Shown here one piece after another: positions 9,435 through 19,803 of a stretch of DNA of 64,000 nucleotides. The notes under the pieces were generated by a model. That model made no database searches. It saw only the letters and a list, made by a program, of their open reading frames with translations, and was not told where the DNA came from. The stretch is from positions 59,410 to 123,409 of the forward strand of contig JBMOPZ010000040.1 of the NCBI GenBank assembly GCA_049321355.1, in the 5' to 3' direction. How positions within the stretch are numbered: position 1 is the stretch's first letter; each line of letters begins with the position of its first letter. The position numbers were made by a program, and so were the translations under genes. Origin of the DNA: Pseudomonadota bacterium (GTDB lineage Bacteria > Pseudomonadota > Gammaproteobacteria > Burkholderiales > Gallionellaceae).

Positions 9435-10229
9435 ATGCGCCAATATCTCGATTTAATGCAATATGTGCTGGATCACGGCACACAAAAATCCGACCGCACC
9501 GGAACCGGAACGCTGAGCGTGTTCGGCTATCAGATGCGCTTCGATTTGCAGCAGGGTTTCCCGCTGGTCACCACTAAAAAATGCCATCTGAAATCCATCA
9601 TTCACGAGTTGCTGTGGTTTTTGCGGGGCGACACCAATATCAACTACCTCAAAGAAAACGGGGTGCGTATTTGGGATGAGTGGGCGGATGAGCACGGCAA
9701 TCTCGGCCCGGTATATGGCAAGCAATGGCGCTCGTGGGCGGCGGCGGACGGTCGCGTGATTGACCAGATCAAGATTGCGGTCGAACAGATTAAGCACAAT
9801 CCCGATTCGCGCCGTATCATCGTCTCGGCCTGGAACGTGGGCGAGCTGGACAAAATGGCATTGGCACCCTGCCATGCTTTCTTTCAGTTTTATGTCGCGG
9901 ATGGGAAACTGTCTTGCCAGCTGTACCAGCGCAGTGCCGACATCTTTCTCGGCGTGCCGTTCAACATCGCCAGCTACGCGCTGCTCACCATGATGATGGC
10001 ACAAGTATGCGGTTTACAGTACGGCGACTTCGTGCATACTTTCGGCGATGCGCATCTGTACTCAAACCACATGGAGCAAACCCGCTTGCAGTTATCACGG
10101 AATCCCCGTCCCTTGCCCACCATGACAATCAATCCCGAAGTGCGCGATATTTTCGGCTTCAAGTTTGAAGATTTCGCGCTGGAAAACTACGACCCGCATC
10201 CGGCGATTAAGGCATCGGTTGCCATCTAG
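9435..10229 (+). CDS. thyA: Thymidylate synthase
   Basis: MRQYLDLM start at 9435; [20 protein letters not shown] motifs; 264 aa. Confidence 0.97.
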   Translation: MRQYLDLMQYVLDHGTQKSDRTGTGTLSVFGYQMRFDLQQGFPLVTTKKCHLKSIIHELLWFLRGDTNINYLKENGVRIWDEWADEHGNLGPVYGKQWRSWAAADGRVIDQIKIAVEQIKHNPDSRRIIVSAWNVGELDKMALAPCHAFFQFYVADGKLSCQLYQRSADIFLGVPFNIASYALLTMMMAQVCGLQYGDFVHTFGDAHLYSNHMEQTRLQLSRNPRPLPTMTINPEVRDIFGFKFEDFALENYDPHPAIKASVAI

Positions 10230-10679
10230 TTGTTACTGGAGGCGTTGGCACAACGCAACGCCGCCAGTCTGGGCATAGTCGCCAAAATAGAAACCAAGAA
10301 AGGTTTGGCCAATCTGCCGGATATTATTGTGCGCGGCTGCGGCAAATATCCCTTCGGCGTAATGATTGCACGCGGCGATCTGGCGGTGGAAATCGGCTAT
10401 GAACAACTCGCCGAAACGCAGGAAGAAATCATGTGGTTGTGCGAATCGGCACACGTGCCGGTCATCTGGGCGACCCAGGTGCTGGAAGGGTTGATCAAAC
10501 AGAACATCACTTCGCGTGCCGAGGTCACCGATGCGGCCATGGCGGAACGTGCGGAGTGTATTATGCTCAACAAGGGGCCGTTCGTACTGGATGCAATCAA
10601 CGTGCTGGATCATGTCGTCGCGCGAATGCAGTCGCACCAGCAAAAGAAAAGTTCACGTATGCGCACCCTGAACTGGTAA
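10230..10679 (+). pseudogene. C-terminal fragment of a pyruvate kinase barrel
   Basis: AKIET, IARGDLAVE, WATQVLE, RAEVTD, MLNKG motifs; 149 aa only; begins immediately after the thyA stop with TTG and no RBS. Confidence 0.75.
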
Positions 10680-10694
10680 ACACGGAGAATTCGC

Positions 10695-11201
10695 ATGGAC
10701 TCGCCCGGAAAATTCGCCATCATCGTCGCAATGGCAAAAAATCGCACCATCGGTGTCAATAATACGCTGCCGTGGCACTGTCCGGCTGACTTGCAGCACT
10801 TCAAGCAGCTCACCATGGGGCATCACATGATTATGGGACGCAAGACTTTCGATTCGATCGGCAAGCCATTGCCGGGGCGTACCACGGTAGTCGTTTCCCG
10901 CACACCCAACTTACAGATACCCGGCTGCATTGTTGTCAACTCGCTTCCCGAAGCCATCGCCAGGTGCGCCCGAGACAGCCAGCCATTTGTGGTTGGCGGC
11001 GAGGACATTTACCGGCAGGCATTAGCCTTTGTTGACACCTTATACATCACCGAAATTCAACAGGATGTTCTGGGCGATGCGGCTTTTCCCGAATTCTCCA
11101 AAGACACCTGGCGAGAAATGTCCCGCGAAAAGCACTATCAACAACTGCCCCAGCCTTTGGAATATCACTTTGTCACCTATAGCCGTAATGGCAAACCGTA
11201 A
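10695..11201 (+). CDS. folA: Dihydrofolate reductase
   Basis: IGVNNTLPW, MGRKTF, LPGR, VVGG motifs. Confidence 0.95.
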   Translation: MDSPGKFAIIVAMAKNRTIGVNNTLPWHCPADLQHFKQLTMGHHMIMGRKTFDSIGKPLPGRTTVVVSRTPNLQIPGCIVVNSLPEAIARCARDSQPFVVGGEDIYRQALAFVDTLYITEIQQDVLGDAAFPEFSKDTWREMSREKHYQQLPQPLEYHFVTYSRNGKP

Positions 11202-11208
11202 AGTGTGA

Positions 11209-12120
11209 CTAGGCGGGCTGATTCAGGGACACCGAAAGCGTACCGGAGCGCACATGCAAATCCCGTTGCGGGAAAGGAATTTCAAGATTGCGTTTTGCCA
11301 ACTCGGTCTCAATCGCCCACATATAGCGTGCGTTGGTTCTACCCGGCGCACTGACCGAACCTTCTCCCACCCACACGATTAACTCAAAATCTAGGCTGCT
11401 ATCGCCAAACTTGACTAACCAGACATCCGGGGCACGATTCGGGTCGGTCACGGTGTCGGGAACACTATGTGCGGCGGCAATACCCGCCTCTTTGACCAAA
11501 TCTTTATCGCTCCCGTAAGCAACACCGAAAGGAACGTGCAATCTGCGCAGCCGTTCGCCCATCGTCCAGTTAACCACGCGACCGGAAATAAACTCGGAGT
11601 TGGGGACAACAATGTCTATCAAGTCGGTGGTGGTAATGCGGGTGTAACGCAGATTGATTTCTATCACTTTGCCCATCGTGCCGGACTGCAATTCGACAAA
11701 GTCGTCAACCTTGATGGTTTTTTCAATCAGGATGATGATGCCGGAGACAAAGTTGTTGATGATGTTTTGCAGACCAAAGCCGACACCCACACCGATGGCA
11801 CCGCCCAGTACCGCAAAGCTGCCCACATTAAACCCTAGATAGCCCAAACCAATGGCCGAACCCACAATCCAGACGATATAACGCCCGATACGGCTCAAGG
11901 CATACCAGCCGGGGCTTGCCTCTTTGCCATGCTCGCTACCAATACGGGAAATAGCACGCTCAAAAACCAGCCCGACACGCCACACCACAAATAAAATTAT
12001 CAGCAAACCCGATATTTTCAGCAGGTTCACCTCACTCCCGGAAATGCTGAACCACGGCATCAGGAATAAATTCTTCGTAATTTCATATGATTGCAGCAAA
12101 AAATCCACAATGACCTCCAA
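11209..12120 (-). CDS. MscS-family mechanosensitive channel
   Basis: GAIGVGVGFGLQNIINNFVSG, IVVPNSEF, IPFPQRDL motifs. Confidence 0.9.
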   Translation of the reverse strand: MEVIVDFLLQSYEITKNLFLMPWFSISGSEVNLLKISGLLIILFVVWRVGLVFERAISRIGSEHGKEASPGWYALSRIGRYIVWIVGSAIGLGYLGFNVGSFAVLGGAIGVGVGFGLQNIINNFVSGIIILIEKTIKVDDFVELQSGTMGKVIEINLRYTRITTTDLIDIVVPNSEFISGRVVNWTMGERLRRLHVPFGVAYGSDKDLVKEAGIAAAHSVPDTVTDPNRAPDVWLVKFGDSSLDFELIVWVGEGSVSAPGRTNARYMWAIETELAKRNLEIPFPQRDLHVRSGTLSVSLNQPA

Positions 12121-12216
12121 TTTAGACGTGACGAAGCACGCGCACAGCCTTTTGCATGAGCCGGAATGCTATAAGCGGGACAATTTACAGAACGCCGAAC
12201 GTAATTTTACGCTGGA

Positions 12217-12594
12217 TTATTTAACGACACGCAAGCTCGGTTTGCCCGGCTTGGGTCTGTCTGGCGGCGGTGATGCCGGCGAGTCAACAGGCTGGAATAC
12301 CAGACCTTGGCCGCTTTCCTTGGCGAAAATCCCCATCACTGCCGCAACGGGAACCATCAGATCGAATGGCACGCCGCCAAAGCGCCCATTGCAGGTGATC
12401 ATCTCATTACCCATTTCCAGATTGCGGACAGCCCCGACACCCAGGTTAAGAACAATCTCGCCATCTTTGACGTAAGACATCGGAACCGCCGTCTGCTCGC
12501 TGACCCGAACCGCCAAATAAGGGGTCAACGCATTATCCACGCACCATTCATAAATCGCCCGAATCAGGTAGGGTCGCGTGGATAAATCGTTCAC
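12217..12594 (-). CDS. sspB: ClpXP adaptor, stringent starvation protein B
   Basis: STRPYLIRAIYEWCVDN, GEIVLNL, C-terminal PSLRVVK. Confidence 0.95.
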   Translation of the reverse strand: MNDLSTRPYLIRAIYEWCVDNALTPYLAVRVSEQTAVPMSYVKDGEIVLNLGVGAVRNLEMGNEMITCNGRFGGVPFDLMVPVAAVMGIFAKESGQGLVFQPVDSPASPPPDRPKPGKPSLRVVK

Positions 12595-13193
12595 TTGCGC
12601 ATCGCTCTTTCTGTGGAAGTGAGCGCGTCAATGAAACCCTGGCGGGAAAACAAACGTTCGGCGTATTTCATCAATGGCGCGGCATCCTTGCCCAGCTGGA
12701 TGCCGTAGTGTTCCAGACGCCACAACAACGGGGCAATCGCCACGTCGAGCATGGAAAACTCGTCCTGCAACAAGAACTTCTGCTTGATCAAGAGTTGGGA
12801 CAGTTGCGTCAGCTGGTTACGAATCGCCGCGCGTGCCGCGTCTGCCGCCTTGCCGCTCACACCGGATTCGAGTAAATCAACTTGGCTATACAACTCTTTC
12901 TCGAAACCAAACAGCAACAGCCGCGTCCGTCCGCGTATAACAGGATCGGGCGGCATCAGCTGAGGGTGGGGAAAGCGTTCGTCAATATACTCGTTGATGA
13001 TATTCGACTCATACAATACCAAATCGCGATCCACCAGAACCGGCACCCGATTGTAAGGATTGATGGCAGCAACATCTTCTGATTTATGCATCAGATCGAC
13101 ATCAACCACCTCGAAATCCATACCTTTTTCAAACAACACGATCCGGCAGCGGTGGCTGTAGGGACAGGCTGTCCCGGAATACAAGCGCATCAT
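12591..13193 (-). CDS. sspA: Stringent starvation protein A (GST-like)
   Basis: MMRLYSGTACPYSHR, NPYNRVPVLVDRDL, YIDERFPHPQLMP. Confidence 0.95.
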   Translation of the reverse strand: MMRLYSGTACPYSHRCRIVLFEKGMDFEVVDVDLMHKSEDVAAINPYNRVPVLVDRDLVLYESNIINEYIDERFPHPQLMPPDPVIRGRTRLLLFGFEKELYSQVDLLESGVSGKAADAARAAIRNQLTQLSQLLIKQKFLLQDEFSMLDVAIAPLLWRLEHYGIQLGKDAAPLMKYAERLFSRQGFIDALTSTERAMRK

Positions 13194-13199
13194 CTTGGT

Positions 13200-14216
13200 C
13201 TAGCCTTTGATTAGTTGATTGCTGTGCATGCGTGAGCGCACCAGGAAGTAGCCTATTGTTGCGACAACTCCACCGACCACAATCGCTGCCAGAATCGGAT
13301 AGGAACCCGTACCGTTCACACCACCGATCCAGACGAATCTCTCCAGCAGGGTACCAACAATGATGCTTGCCGCCACCGCGTTAATTGCGGCGACATTGTG
13401 ACGCGGTTTGGGAAAACAGAACGTCACGAACGGAACAACAAACTTCAGCACCAGCACCGACCACCATATAAAGCGGTAATCCCCATTTTGCATACCCATT
13501 ACACGGGTTGTCTCGTCGGGAATGTTGCCGTACCAAATTGTCAAATACTGGGCGTAGAAGGTGTATATCCACAACAAGGTGAATGCAAGCAACATTTGCG
13601 CAATGTAGTTATAGATGTGATCCGAAACGGGGCGCACCAATTTGTTGCGGCGATTCAACAAGGTAATCCACACCACAAGGAAGGCGAGGAACATGCCGAA
13701 GTTGCTGACAAATTGCTGCATACCGTAGATCGCGCTATGCCATGCCGGAACCAAAGTCATCTCGAAATCCCAGGCAATCATGGTGCTGTAAAGCACGAAG
13801 AAGAATGGAATCCAAGTTGCAATACTGTGGAAACTGGCCGCATCTTCCGGGCTGCGCTCACTCACCGCTTGGCGTTTGATGAATTCCGAATACAACCCCA
13901 TCATGAATATCATGCCGACAATTTCGCGGGAAAATAACCAAGTCGGGTGATACCAGCCCGGCATGTGCGCGCCATGCCCCGCCGGATTGTGGCCAAACCA
14001 CGGGAAAGTATGCTCGGCACCCACCAGCAGGATAATCAATAACACAAACGCCAGCGGAAACAAAGCCGACAAAGAAGTCGCCAAGTGACGCACTTCAAAA
14101 CGCCATTTTGCATTGACCAAATGCAGCACCGAACACAGTGCGACACCGCTCAAGGCGAGCGATAGCACCACCACAAAACTCGCCGTCAAAACTGCCCAAT
14201 TGCTATATTCCAACAT
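13200..14216 (-). CDS. actF: Alternative complex III subunit F (NrfD-like membrane paralogue)
   Basis: Multi-TM protein, WHSAIYG and YAQYLTIWYGNIPDE motifs; last gene of the act cluster. Confidence 0.8.
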   Translation of the reverse strand: MLEYSNWAVLTASFVVVLSLALSGVALCSVLHLVNAKWRFEVRHLATSLSALFPLAFVLLIILLVGAEHTFPWFGHNPAGHGAHMPGWYHPTWLFSREIVGMIFMMGLYSEFIKRQAVSERSPEDAASFHSIATWIPFFFVLYSTMIAWDFEMTLVPAWHSAIYGMQQFVSNFGMFLAFLVVWITLLNRRNKLVRPVSDHIYNYIAQMLLAFTLLWIYTFYAQYLTIWYGNIPDETTRVMGMQNGDYRFIWWSVLVLKFVVPFVTFCFPKPRHNVAAINAVAASIIVGTLLERFVWIGGVNGTGSYPILAAIVVGGVVATIGYFLVRSRMHSNQLIKG

Positions 14217-14227
14217 GTCAGTGCCTC

Positions 14228-14779
14228 CTATTGTGCTTGCGCCGTGGTGGTCGCGGTATCAGCTTGCAATGTCTTGCGTATGTAGTTCACCACATGCCAA
14301 CGCTCGGTGGGCGATAAATCATTGGCATAACTCGGCATCACCGCACCGCCCAGCGTCATGTAGCCAAAAATATAGCCGTCCGGATATTCACTCGGCGCCC
14401 AACTGTGCATGGTGCTACCCGATGTCAAATCCCATGGCTTCATCAACAGTTTTTCGCCGACCAAGCCGTCTCCCGTACCTGACTTCCCGTGACAAGGCGT
14501 ACAGTAAATGCCGAACAAATGTTTGCCGGTTGCTACAGACTTCTCATCCGCCGCCACCGGATTTTTCATTTCCCGTGCCGCACCCATATCCGAGACCCTC
14601 ACCGTAGTTCCGGCAACCGGAACTGAGCGTTTTGGAAAAGGCTTCATCCCCGAACTGGCCGAGTCCACACTTTCCTGAGGCTTGATACTCACCTGATTCG
14701 CCATGTCCTGAGACCACGGCCACGCATGCGCCAAGGAAGGCGAAAGCAACAACGCAACTGTCAAGACTATTTTTTTCAT
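14228..14779 (-). CDS. actE: ACIII monoheme cytochrome c subunit
   Basis: Signal peptide, single CTPCH, distal MPSY; operon position. Confidence 0.8.
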   Translation of the reverse strand: MKKIVLTVALLLSPSLAHAWPWSQDMANQVSIKPQESVDSASSGMKPFPKRSVPVAGTTVRVSDMGAAREMKNPVAADEKSVATGKHLFGIYCTPCHGKSGTGDGLVGEKLLMKPWDLTSGSTMHSWAPSEYPDGYIFGYMTLGGAVMPSYANDLSPTERWHVVNYIRKTLQADTATTTAQAQ

Positions 14780-15306
14780 CTTCCTGCCTCTTCCTGAATT
14801 TCCAACGCCTGATGCTTGGTAAAAATGGCCTTCAAGGTACCGGTCGCCGCCTCATCGGCTTTTACCAAAATACCAATCCGATCCTCGGAAACCTTTGCGC
14901 TATACAACGGTGACCGCTTGGCAGGCAAACCCGCACAAATCAGAAAACCGAGAATTGTAATGAACACGCCACCGAGAATGAACATTTCGTAAGTCAGCAC
15001 AAAGTTGGGTGGGAACGGCACGATAGGCTTGCCGCCCTTCATTTGCGCATAGAAATTTGCCTGCGCGCCCGAAATCAGGAAGAAACCCAGCAGTCCGCCC
15101 ATCAATGCCCCAACAAGCGTAAACCACTGTACATAGACGGGCTTTTCACCGAGAAATTCTTCCACCTCAGGATGCTCGATGGCCGATTTCACAATCATGT
15201 CGTCGTTGACATCAAATCCGCTTATTTGGGTGCTGCGCAATTCTTTAACGACTGCTTCTGCCTCATCAAAGTTATTGAACAGCGCAAGTAGATGACGTTG
15301 GCTCAT
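14776..15306 (-). CDS. actD: ACIII subunit D (DUF3341-like)
   Basis: Two TM helices, GGKPIVPFPP and LTYEMFIL; position after actC. Confidence 0.8.
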   Translation of the reverse strand: MSQRHLLALFNNFDEAEAVVKELRSTQISGFDVNDDMIVKSAIEHPEVEEFLGEKPVYVQWFTLVGALMGGLLGFFLISGAQANFYAQMKGGKPIVPFPPNFVLTYEMFILGGVFITILGFLICAGLPAKRSPLYSAKVSEDRIGILVKADEAATGTLKAIFTKHQALEIQEEAGR

Positions 15307-15308
15307 AA

Positions 15309-16673
15309 TTAATGTGCTCCCTGCTCGGCAGCCTCACTCTTTTTAGAGTGCAAACTGCGGTGATAGACCATTTCTTTGACCTCATACATGGATACCGATG
15401 GAAACACCTTGCAGAACACCATAAACAACAAGGTAAACCAACCAAAACTACCAAATACCATGCCCCACTGAATCAAGCTCGGCCATTGATCGTGATCCCA
15501 TGTCCACGGATAGTAGCCATCCGCAAATGTCGGCGACACAATCATCCAGCGCTCCAACCACATACCCAAGTTCAATAACAAGGACACGATAAACAACACT
15601 GGAATGTTGGTTTGATAACGCTTGAAGGCCAACACCAGCGGCACAACAGAGCCGCAGAAAATCATTCCCCACCAGGCGAAAGCGTAAGTTCCCGTCGCTT
15701 TCTCAAGAAGGACGTGCTTTGCCGCCTCATCATGCCCGTACCACACCGAAGCGAACTCCACCGCATTCAGATACGTCCACACCATCGCAATCGCGAAAGT
15801 CAGACGCACCGTCTTTTTCAAAATCGGCAATGTCATGTATTCCTCAAAGCGGAACACGTAACGCAGGATGATGAACAGCGTGATAATCGCCGCACAACCC
15901 GAATACAGCGCACCCGCCACGAAGTACGGCGGGAAAGAAGTCACGTGCCAGCCCGGCTGTTGCGACATCGCAAAGTCGGAAGCCACGATGGAGTGTACCG
16001 ACACCGCCAATGGAATCAGGAAACACGCAACGGTAAGATACGTCACGCGGAAGTTGCGCCATTGGCGATCCGTTCCTTCCCAACCCAGTGCCAACAGGGT
16101 GTACAACTTTTTGCGCCAACCGTCCTTCATATTGTCGCGACAGATAGCCAAGTCCGGGATCATCCCGACATACAGGAAGATAATGGAAGAACTCAGGTAA
16201 GTGAAAATCGCCATCGCATCCCACAACAACGGGGATTGGAAGTTCGGCCAGATGCCGCGCTCGTTCGGGTACGGCAAGGAGTAATAGAATTGCCACAACC
16301 GACCGATGTGCACCATCACAAACAGTCCCGCCGTCATTAACGAGAAAGTGGTCATCGCCTCGGCAAAACGGTAAATCGGCTTACGCCAATCGGCATGCAT
16401 CAAGTGCAAAATCGCCGATAGCAACGTACCCGAGTGACTCATGCCAATCCAGAAAATGAAGGTGGCAATATACAGCCCCCACACATGCGGGTTGTTCAAG
16501 TTAGCCACACCCATACCGACGTTATATTGGTAAATTTCACACCCCAAACCCACCGAAAAAACGGCCAGTGCCGCGAACACAATGACCCAATATAGTTTCC
16601 TCGGATTTTCCAAGCTCTTGAGCACATCCTGATTGATCTTTGCCCAGGCTATATCTTCGCGAATATCTTTCAT
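15309..16673 (-). CDS. actC: ACIII quinol-binding NrfD-family subunit C
   Basis: WGLYIATFIFWIGMSHSGTLLSAIL, HIGRLW, PNFQSPLLWD, IPLAVSVHSIV motifs. Confidence 0.9.
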   Translation of the reverse strand: MKDIREDIAWAKINQDVLKSLENPRKLYWVIVFAALAVFSVGLGCEIYQYNVGMGVANLNNPHVWGLYIATFIFWIGMSHSGTLLSAILHLMHADWRKPIYRFAEAMTTFSLMTAGLFVMVHIGRLWQFYYSLPYPNERGIWPNFQSPLLWDAMAIFTYLSSSIIFLYVGMIPDLAICRDNMKDGWRKKLYTLLALGWEGTDRQWRNFRVTYLTVACFLIPLAVSVHSIVASDFAMSQQPGWHVTSFPPYFVAGALYSGCAAIITLFIILRYVFRFEEYMTLPILKKTVRLTFAIAMVWTYLNAVEFASVWYGHDEAAKHVLLEKATGTYAFAWWGMIFCGSVVPLVLAFKRYQTNIPVLFIVSLLLNLGMWLERWMIVSPTFADGYYPWTWDHDQWPSLIQWGMVFGSFGWFTLLFMVFCKVFPSVSMYEVKEMVYHRSLHSKKSEAAEQGAH

Positions 16674-16710
16674 GCTGATTCCTTCAAGGAGTTCCAGTTA
16701 TCTGACCGAA

Positions 16711-17565
16711 TTAAACCGCGCTCTCGCGCACACGTTCCAAGTACATCACCGACGGGTAGGGGCGTAACTCTTCCAGGATACGGTAGCCGCGCAACTCACT
16801 ACGCTCTTCACCTTTATCCTTGGTTTGCTTATCTTTATCCAGCTCGACCTGCTGCGCCTGCCACTGCTTGTGCACCTTGGACTCGACATCGACCAAGTTA
16901 CCAAAAGAAATCGCCCCCGTCGGACAAGATTGCTGACACGCTGTCTGCACCTCCCCCTCGCGCACGATGCGTCCTTCGCTCTTGGCATTGCTCTTGGCCT
17001 CATGCAGACGCTGCACACAGAACGTGCATTTCTCCATGACACCCTTGCTGCGCACCGACACATCAGGATTCAATTGCTGCGTCATCTCCGCAGGCCAGAC
17101 CGCGTCATCGGTCGGGTAGTCATACCAGTTGAAATAACGCACTTTGAACGGGCAGTTAGCCGAGCAATAACGGGAACCGATGCAACGATTGTAAATCTGC
17201 GAGTTCAAACCGTCTGAAGTGTGGTTGGTTGCCGCCACCGGACACACCGTCTCGCAAGGCGCGGCCTCGCATTGTTGGCACATCATGGGCAAGAATTGCA
17301 CGCCCTGATCGGGGAATTCGCGACCATCCTCATCCCAATAACGCTCAATGCGCATCCAGTGCATTACCTGCCCATGCTGGAATTTTTCCCTACCCACCAC
17401 GGGCAAGTTGTTTTCGGCATAACAGGCAATGCTGCACGCATTGCAGCCGGTACACGCATCCAAATCAATGCTCATCGCCCATTTGTATGGATCGTGCGGC
17501 TTGTCATCCACAGGGTGAAAATGACGGAACTCAGCCCAGTTTTCTAATAGGTTACCTACTGACAT
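16711..17565 (-). CDS. actB2: ACIII Fe-S subunit (ActB2, NrfC-like)
   Basis: CTGCNACSIAC, CQQCEAAPCETVCP, CIGSRYCSANCP, CTFC..CQQSCP cluster motifs. Confidence 0.88.
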   Translation of the reverse strand: MSVGNLLENWAEFRHFHPVDDKPHDPYKWAMSIDLDACTGCNACSIACYAENNLPVVGREKFQHGQVMHWMRIERYWDEDGREFPDQGVQFLPMMCQQCEAAPCETVCPVAATNHTSDGLNSQIYNRCIGSRYCSANCPFKVRYFNWYDYPTDDAVWPAEMTQQLNPDVSVRSKGVMEKCTFCVQRLHEAKSNAKSEGRIVREGEVQTACQQSCPTGAISFGNLVDVESKVHKQWQAQQVELDKDKQTKDKGEERSELRGYRILEELRPYPSVMYLERVRESAV

Positions 17566-17568
17566 ACT

Positions 17569-19764
17569 TTAGACCTCCTCCGAAAGATCGACTTCATCCG
17601 TGGATACGCGCACCGCAATTTTCTTACCCATTTGCTTGCCGCCTACCGCACCCTCATCCTTAACCACAATGACACGTTTCCCTGTTTTGCTGATCTGAAC
17701 GCGAGTCTCATGGGTCGCCAATTCACCTGTCTCCCGGTCATAAACCGTCTCCAGGATTTGCAGGGGATTAACGCCATAGCCCTTGGCATAACGCCCCATC
17801 GCCTCATGCCCACGCCCCACGGGAATCGACACCGCTTCCGGGTGTATTCCGGGGAATAGGTAGGCCTGCGCCTCGACCGAGCCATGCTTGGAGGAAACCT
17901 TCAAGATGTCGCCCTCAACAATCCCCAACTCGGCAGCACGCTTGGGATGAATCTCCACCCATGAATCCCAGACAATAGTCGTCAACGGATCGGGCGACTC
18001 TTGCAACCACGGCTGATTGGTATGGCGACCATCGCGCAGACTGGCACTGATGCCGGGAATCAAACGGAACATCGTTGCATCTTCGGAGGACTCCGGCAAA
18101 TGCAAATTGGCCGCGCCCATCTTGTCACCCAGCGGACTGACCGCGCCCCCCAGCTTGACGAAGCCACGCATCAAAGTTTCGTTCCAGAAAGTCTCGTCAT
18201 CACTATTCGCCCCGCCCAATGCCGCTTTATTTTGCGCGAACGCATTGCGCAGATAGGCGTAATAGTCTTCAAATGCACCGTATTCTTCGGCACGATTCTG
18301 CTTGAGCAAGGCCAGCAAAACATCGCCCATGCCACGCGTATTCGCGTGCAATTTTTCCATCAAGGGTTGCTGAACATTGATCTGCGCATCAGCAGGCAGG
18401 TATTCAGGAATCTGCGTACCCCAATCTTCCAAAGCGGAGTCCAGCGGCAACACCAAATCGGCCTGCAAAGCCGTCTCATCAAGGTAATGCGCGAATGCCA
18501 CCTTAAAGTCAGCCTTGGCGAAATTCTCCTTGAATTTGGTTGCTGCCGGCGCGGTAAATACCGGATTCACACCATAACTAAACAACACCTTGTAACGCCC
18601 TGCCGCCAAATCATTATTCAAGGACTTCAGTGCCGCCGTGCCGCCTTTGGCCGGAGCCAATTGCGGGAATGGCACGGCACTTGGAGCTTCAATCGTTTTA
18701 CCGACGTTGCCCAACACATGATTCAACAGGTAAATTGCTGCCGCATTTTGCGAACCATGTGCATACCCCTCGGCGGCACTACCCGCCAGCACCAAGCTGG
18801 GCGAGCGCAGTTTCAGCAACGCGGCAATCTTGTCAATCTGCCCGACCGGCACACCGGTCTCTTTGCTGACACGCTCACGGTCATACTCTTTGACCATTTC
18901 GGCGATTTCACCCGTTGCCATACCCAAGGCATGAATAATCCCCAACGCCAAGACACCCTCGGTGCCGGGACGTACCGCGACCCAACGATCCGCGTTCGCG
19001 CCCGTCAATGTCATCTTGGATTCAACTTGAATCAGCACACCGCGCTGCCCGTCAACACCCTTACGGAATTGCCCATACTGCTGCGAAAAATGCACCGGAG
19101 AAACCCAACTGCCCAAGAAGTCCGCACCGAAAGACAACACCACCTTGGCCTTGTCGATACTGAAACGGGGCATTTCCACCCCGTAAGCCCTCATATTCGC
19201 GGCTCTCACCACGGCAGGCGCGACCGCTTCATACACAAAGTGATTTTTGCACCCGAGACTATCCAGATAATTGCCCAACAACACCCTGAGGTGCCCGCTC
19301 ACCCCGCCGCTCAAGAAAGCCACTTGATCGCCACTCACGCCCTTAAGCTTCTCAGCAATCAGCGCATAAGCTTTTTCCCAGGTAATGGCTTCGCCTTGGC
19401 TACCCTTGCGCAGCAATGGCTCACGCACCCGATCCGGATTGTAGTGATGCTGCACACCCGCCTGACCCAGGCCGCACAATTTTCCACGATTGATTGCGGA
19501 ATCAGGATTACCTTCCAACTTCAATACGCGACCCTCGCGCACTCGCCCGCTGATACTGCAACCCGCATCGCATTGCGCGCATGTCGAGTTGTAATACACA
19601 CCAATCCCGGGAATCACATAATCGGCAGCCTCCACGTATGAGACCACTGTTTCCTTGCCATCCTCAATCGAAGTGTTGCCGCAGCCAGTCAGCGCAACCG
19701 CCGCCCCACCCCAGCCCAACACCTTCAGAAAATCACGCCGATCAAAACCGTTGTCTATCATCAC
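17569..19764 (-). CDS. actB1: ACIII molybdopterin-oxidoreductase-like subunit (ActB1)
   Basis: Tat motif DRRDFLK, lipobox-like LTGC, CAQCDAGC..C motif, MopB-like N and C domains. Confidence 0.85.
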   Translation of the reverse strand: MMIDNGFDRRDFLKVLGWGGAAVALTGCGNTSIEDGKETVVSYVEAADYVIPGIGVYYNSTCAQCDAGCSISGRVREGRVLKLEGNPDSAINRGKLCGLGQAGVQHHYNPDRVREPLLRKGSQGEAITWEKAYALIAEKLKGVSGDQVAFLSGGVSGHLRVLLGNYLDSLGCKNHFVYEAVAPAVVRAANMRAYGVEMPRFSIDKAKVVLSFGADFLGSWVSPVHFSQQYGQFRKGVDGQRGVLIQVESKMTLTGANADRWVAVRPGTEGVLALGIIHALGMATGEIAEMVKEYDRERVSKETGVPVGQIDKIAALLKLRSPSLVLAGSAAEGYAHGSQNAAAIYLLNHVLGNVGKTIEAPSAVPFPQLAPAKGGTAALKSLNNDLAAGRYKVLFSYGVNPVFTAPAATKFKENFAKADFKVAFAHYLDETALQADLVLPLDSALEDWGTQIPEYLPADAQINVQQPLMEKLHANTRGMGDVLLALLKQNRAEEYGAFEDYYAYLRNAFAQNKAALGGANSDDETFWNETLMRGFVKLGGAVSPLGDKMGAANLHLPESSEDATMFRLIPGISASLRDGRHTNQPWLQESPDPLTTIVWDSWVEIHPKRAAELGIVEGDILKVSSKHGSVEAQAYLFPGIHPEAVSIPVGRGHEAMGRYAKGYGVNPLQILETVYDRETGELATHETRVQISKTGKRVIVVKDEGAVGGKQMGKKIAVRVSTDEVDLSEEV

Positions 19765-19803
19765 AACCTCTCTGGAAAATTCTTTTGGAATGTTAACGTC
19801 CGC

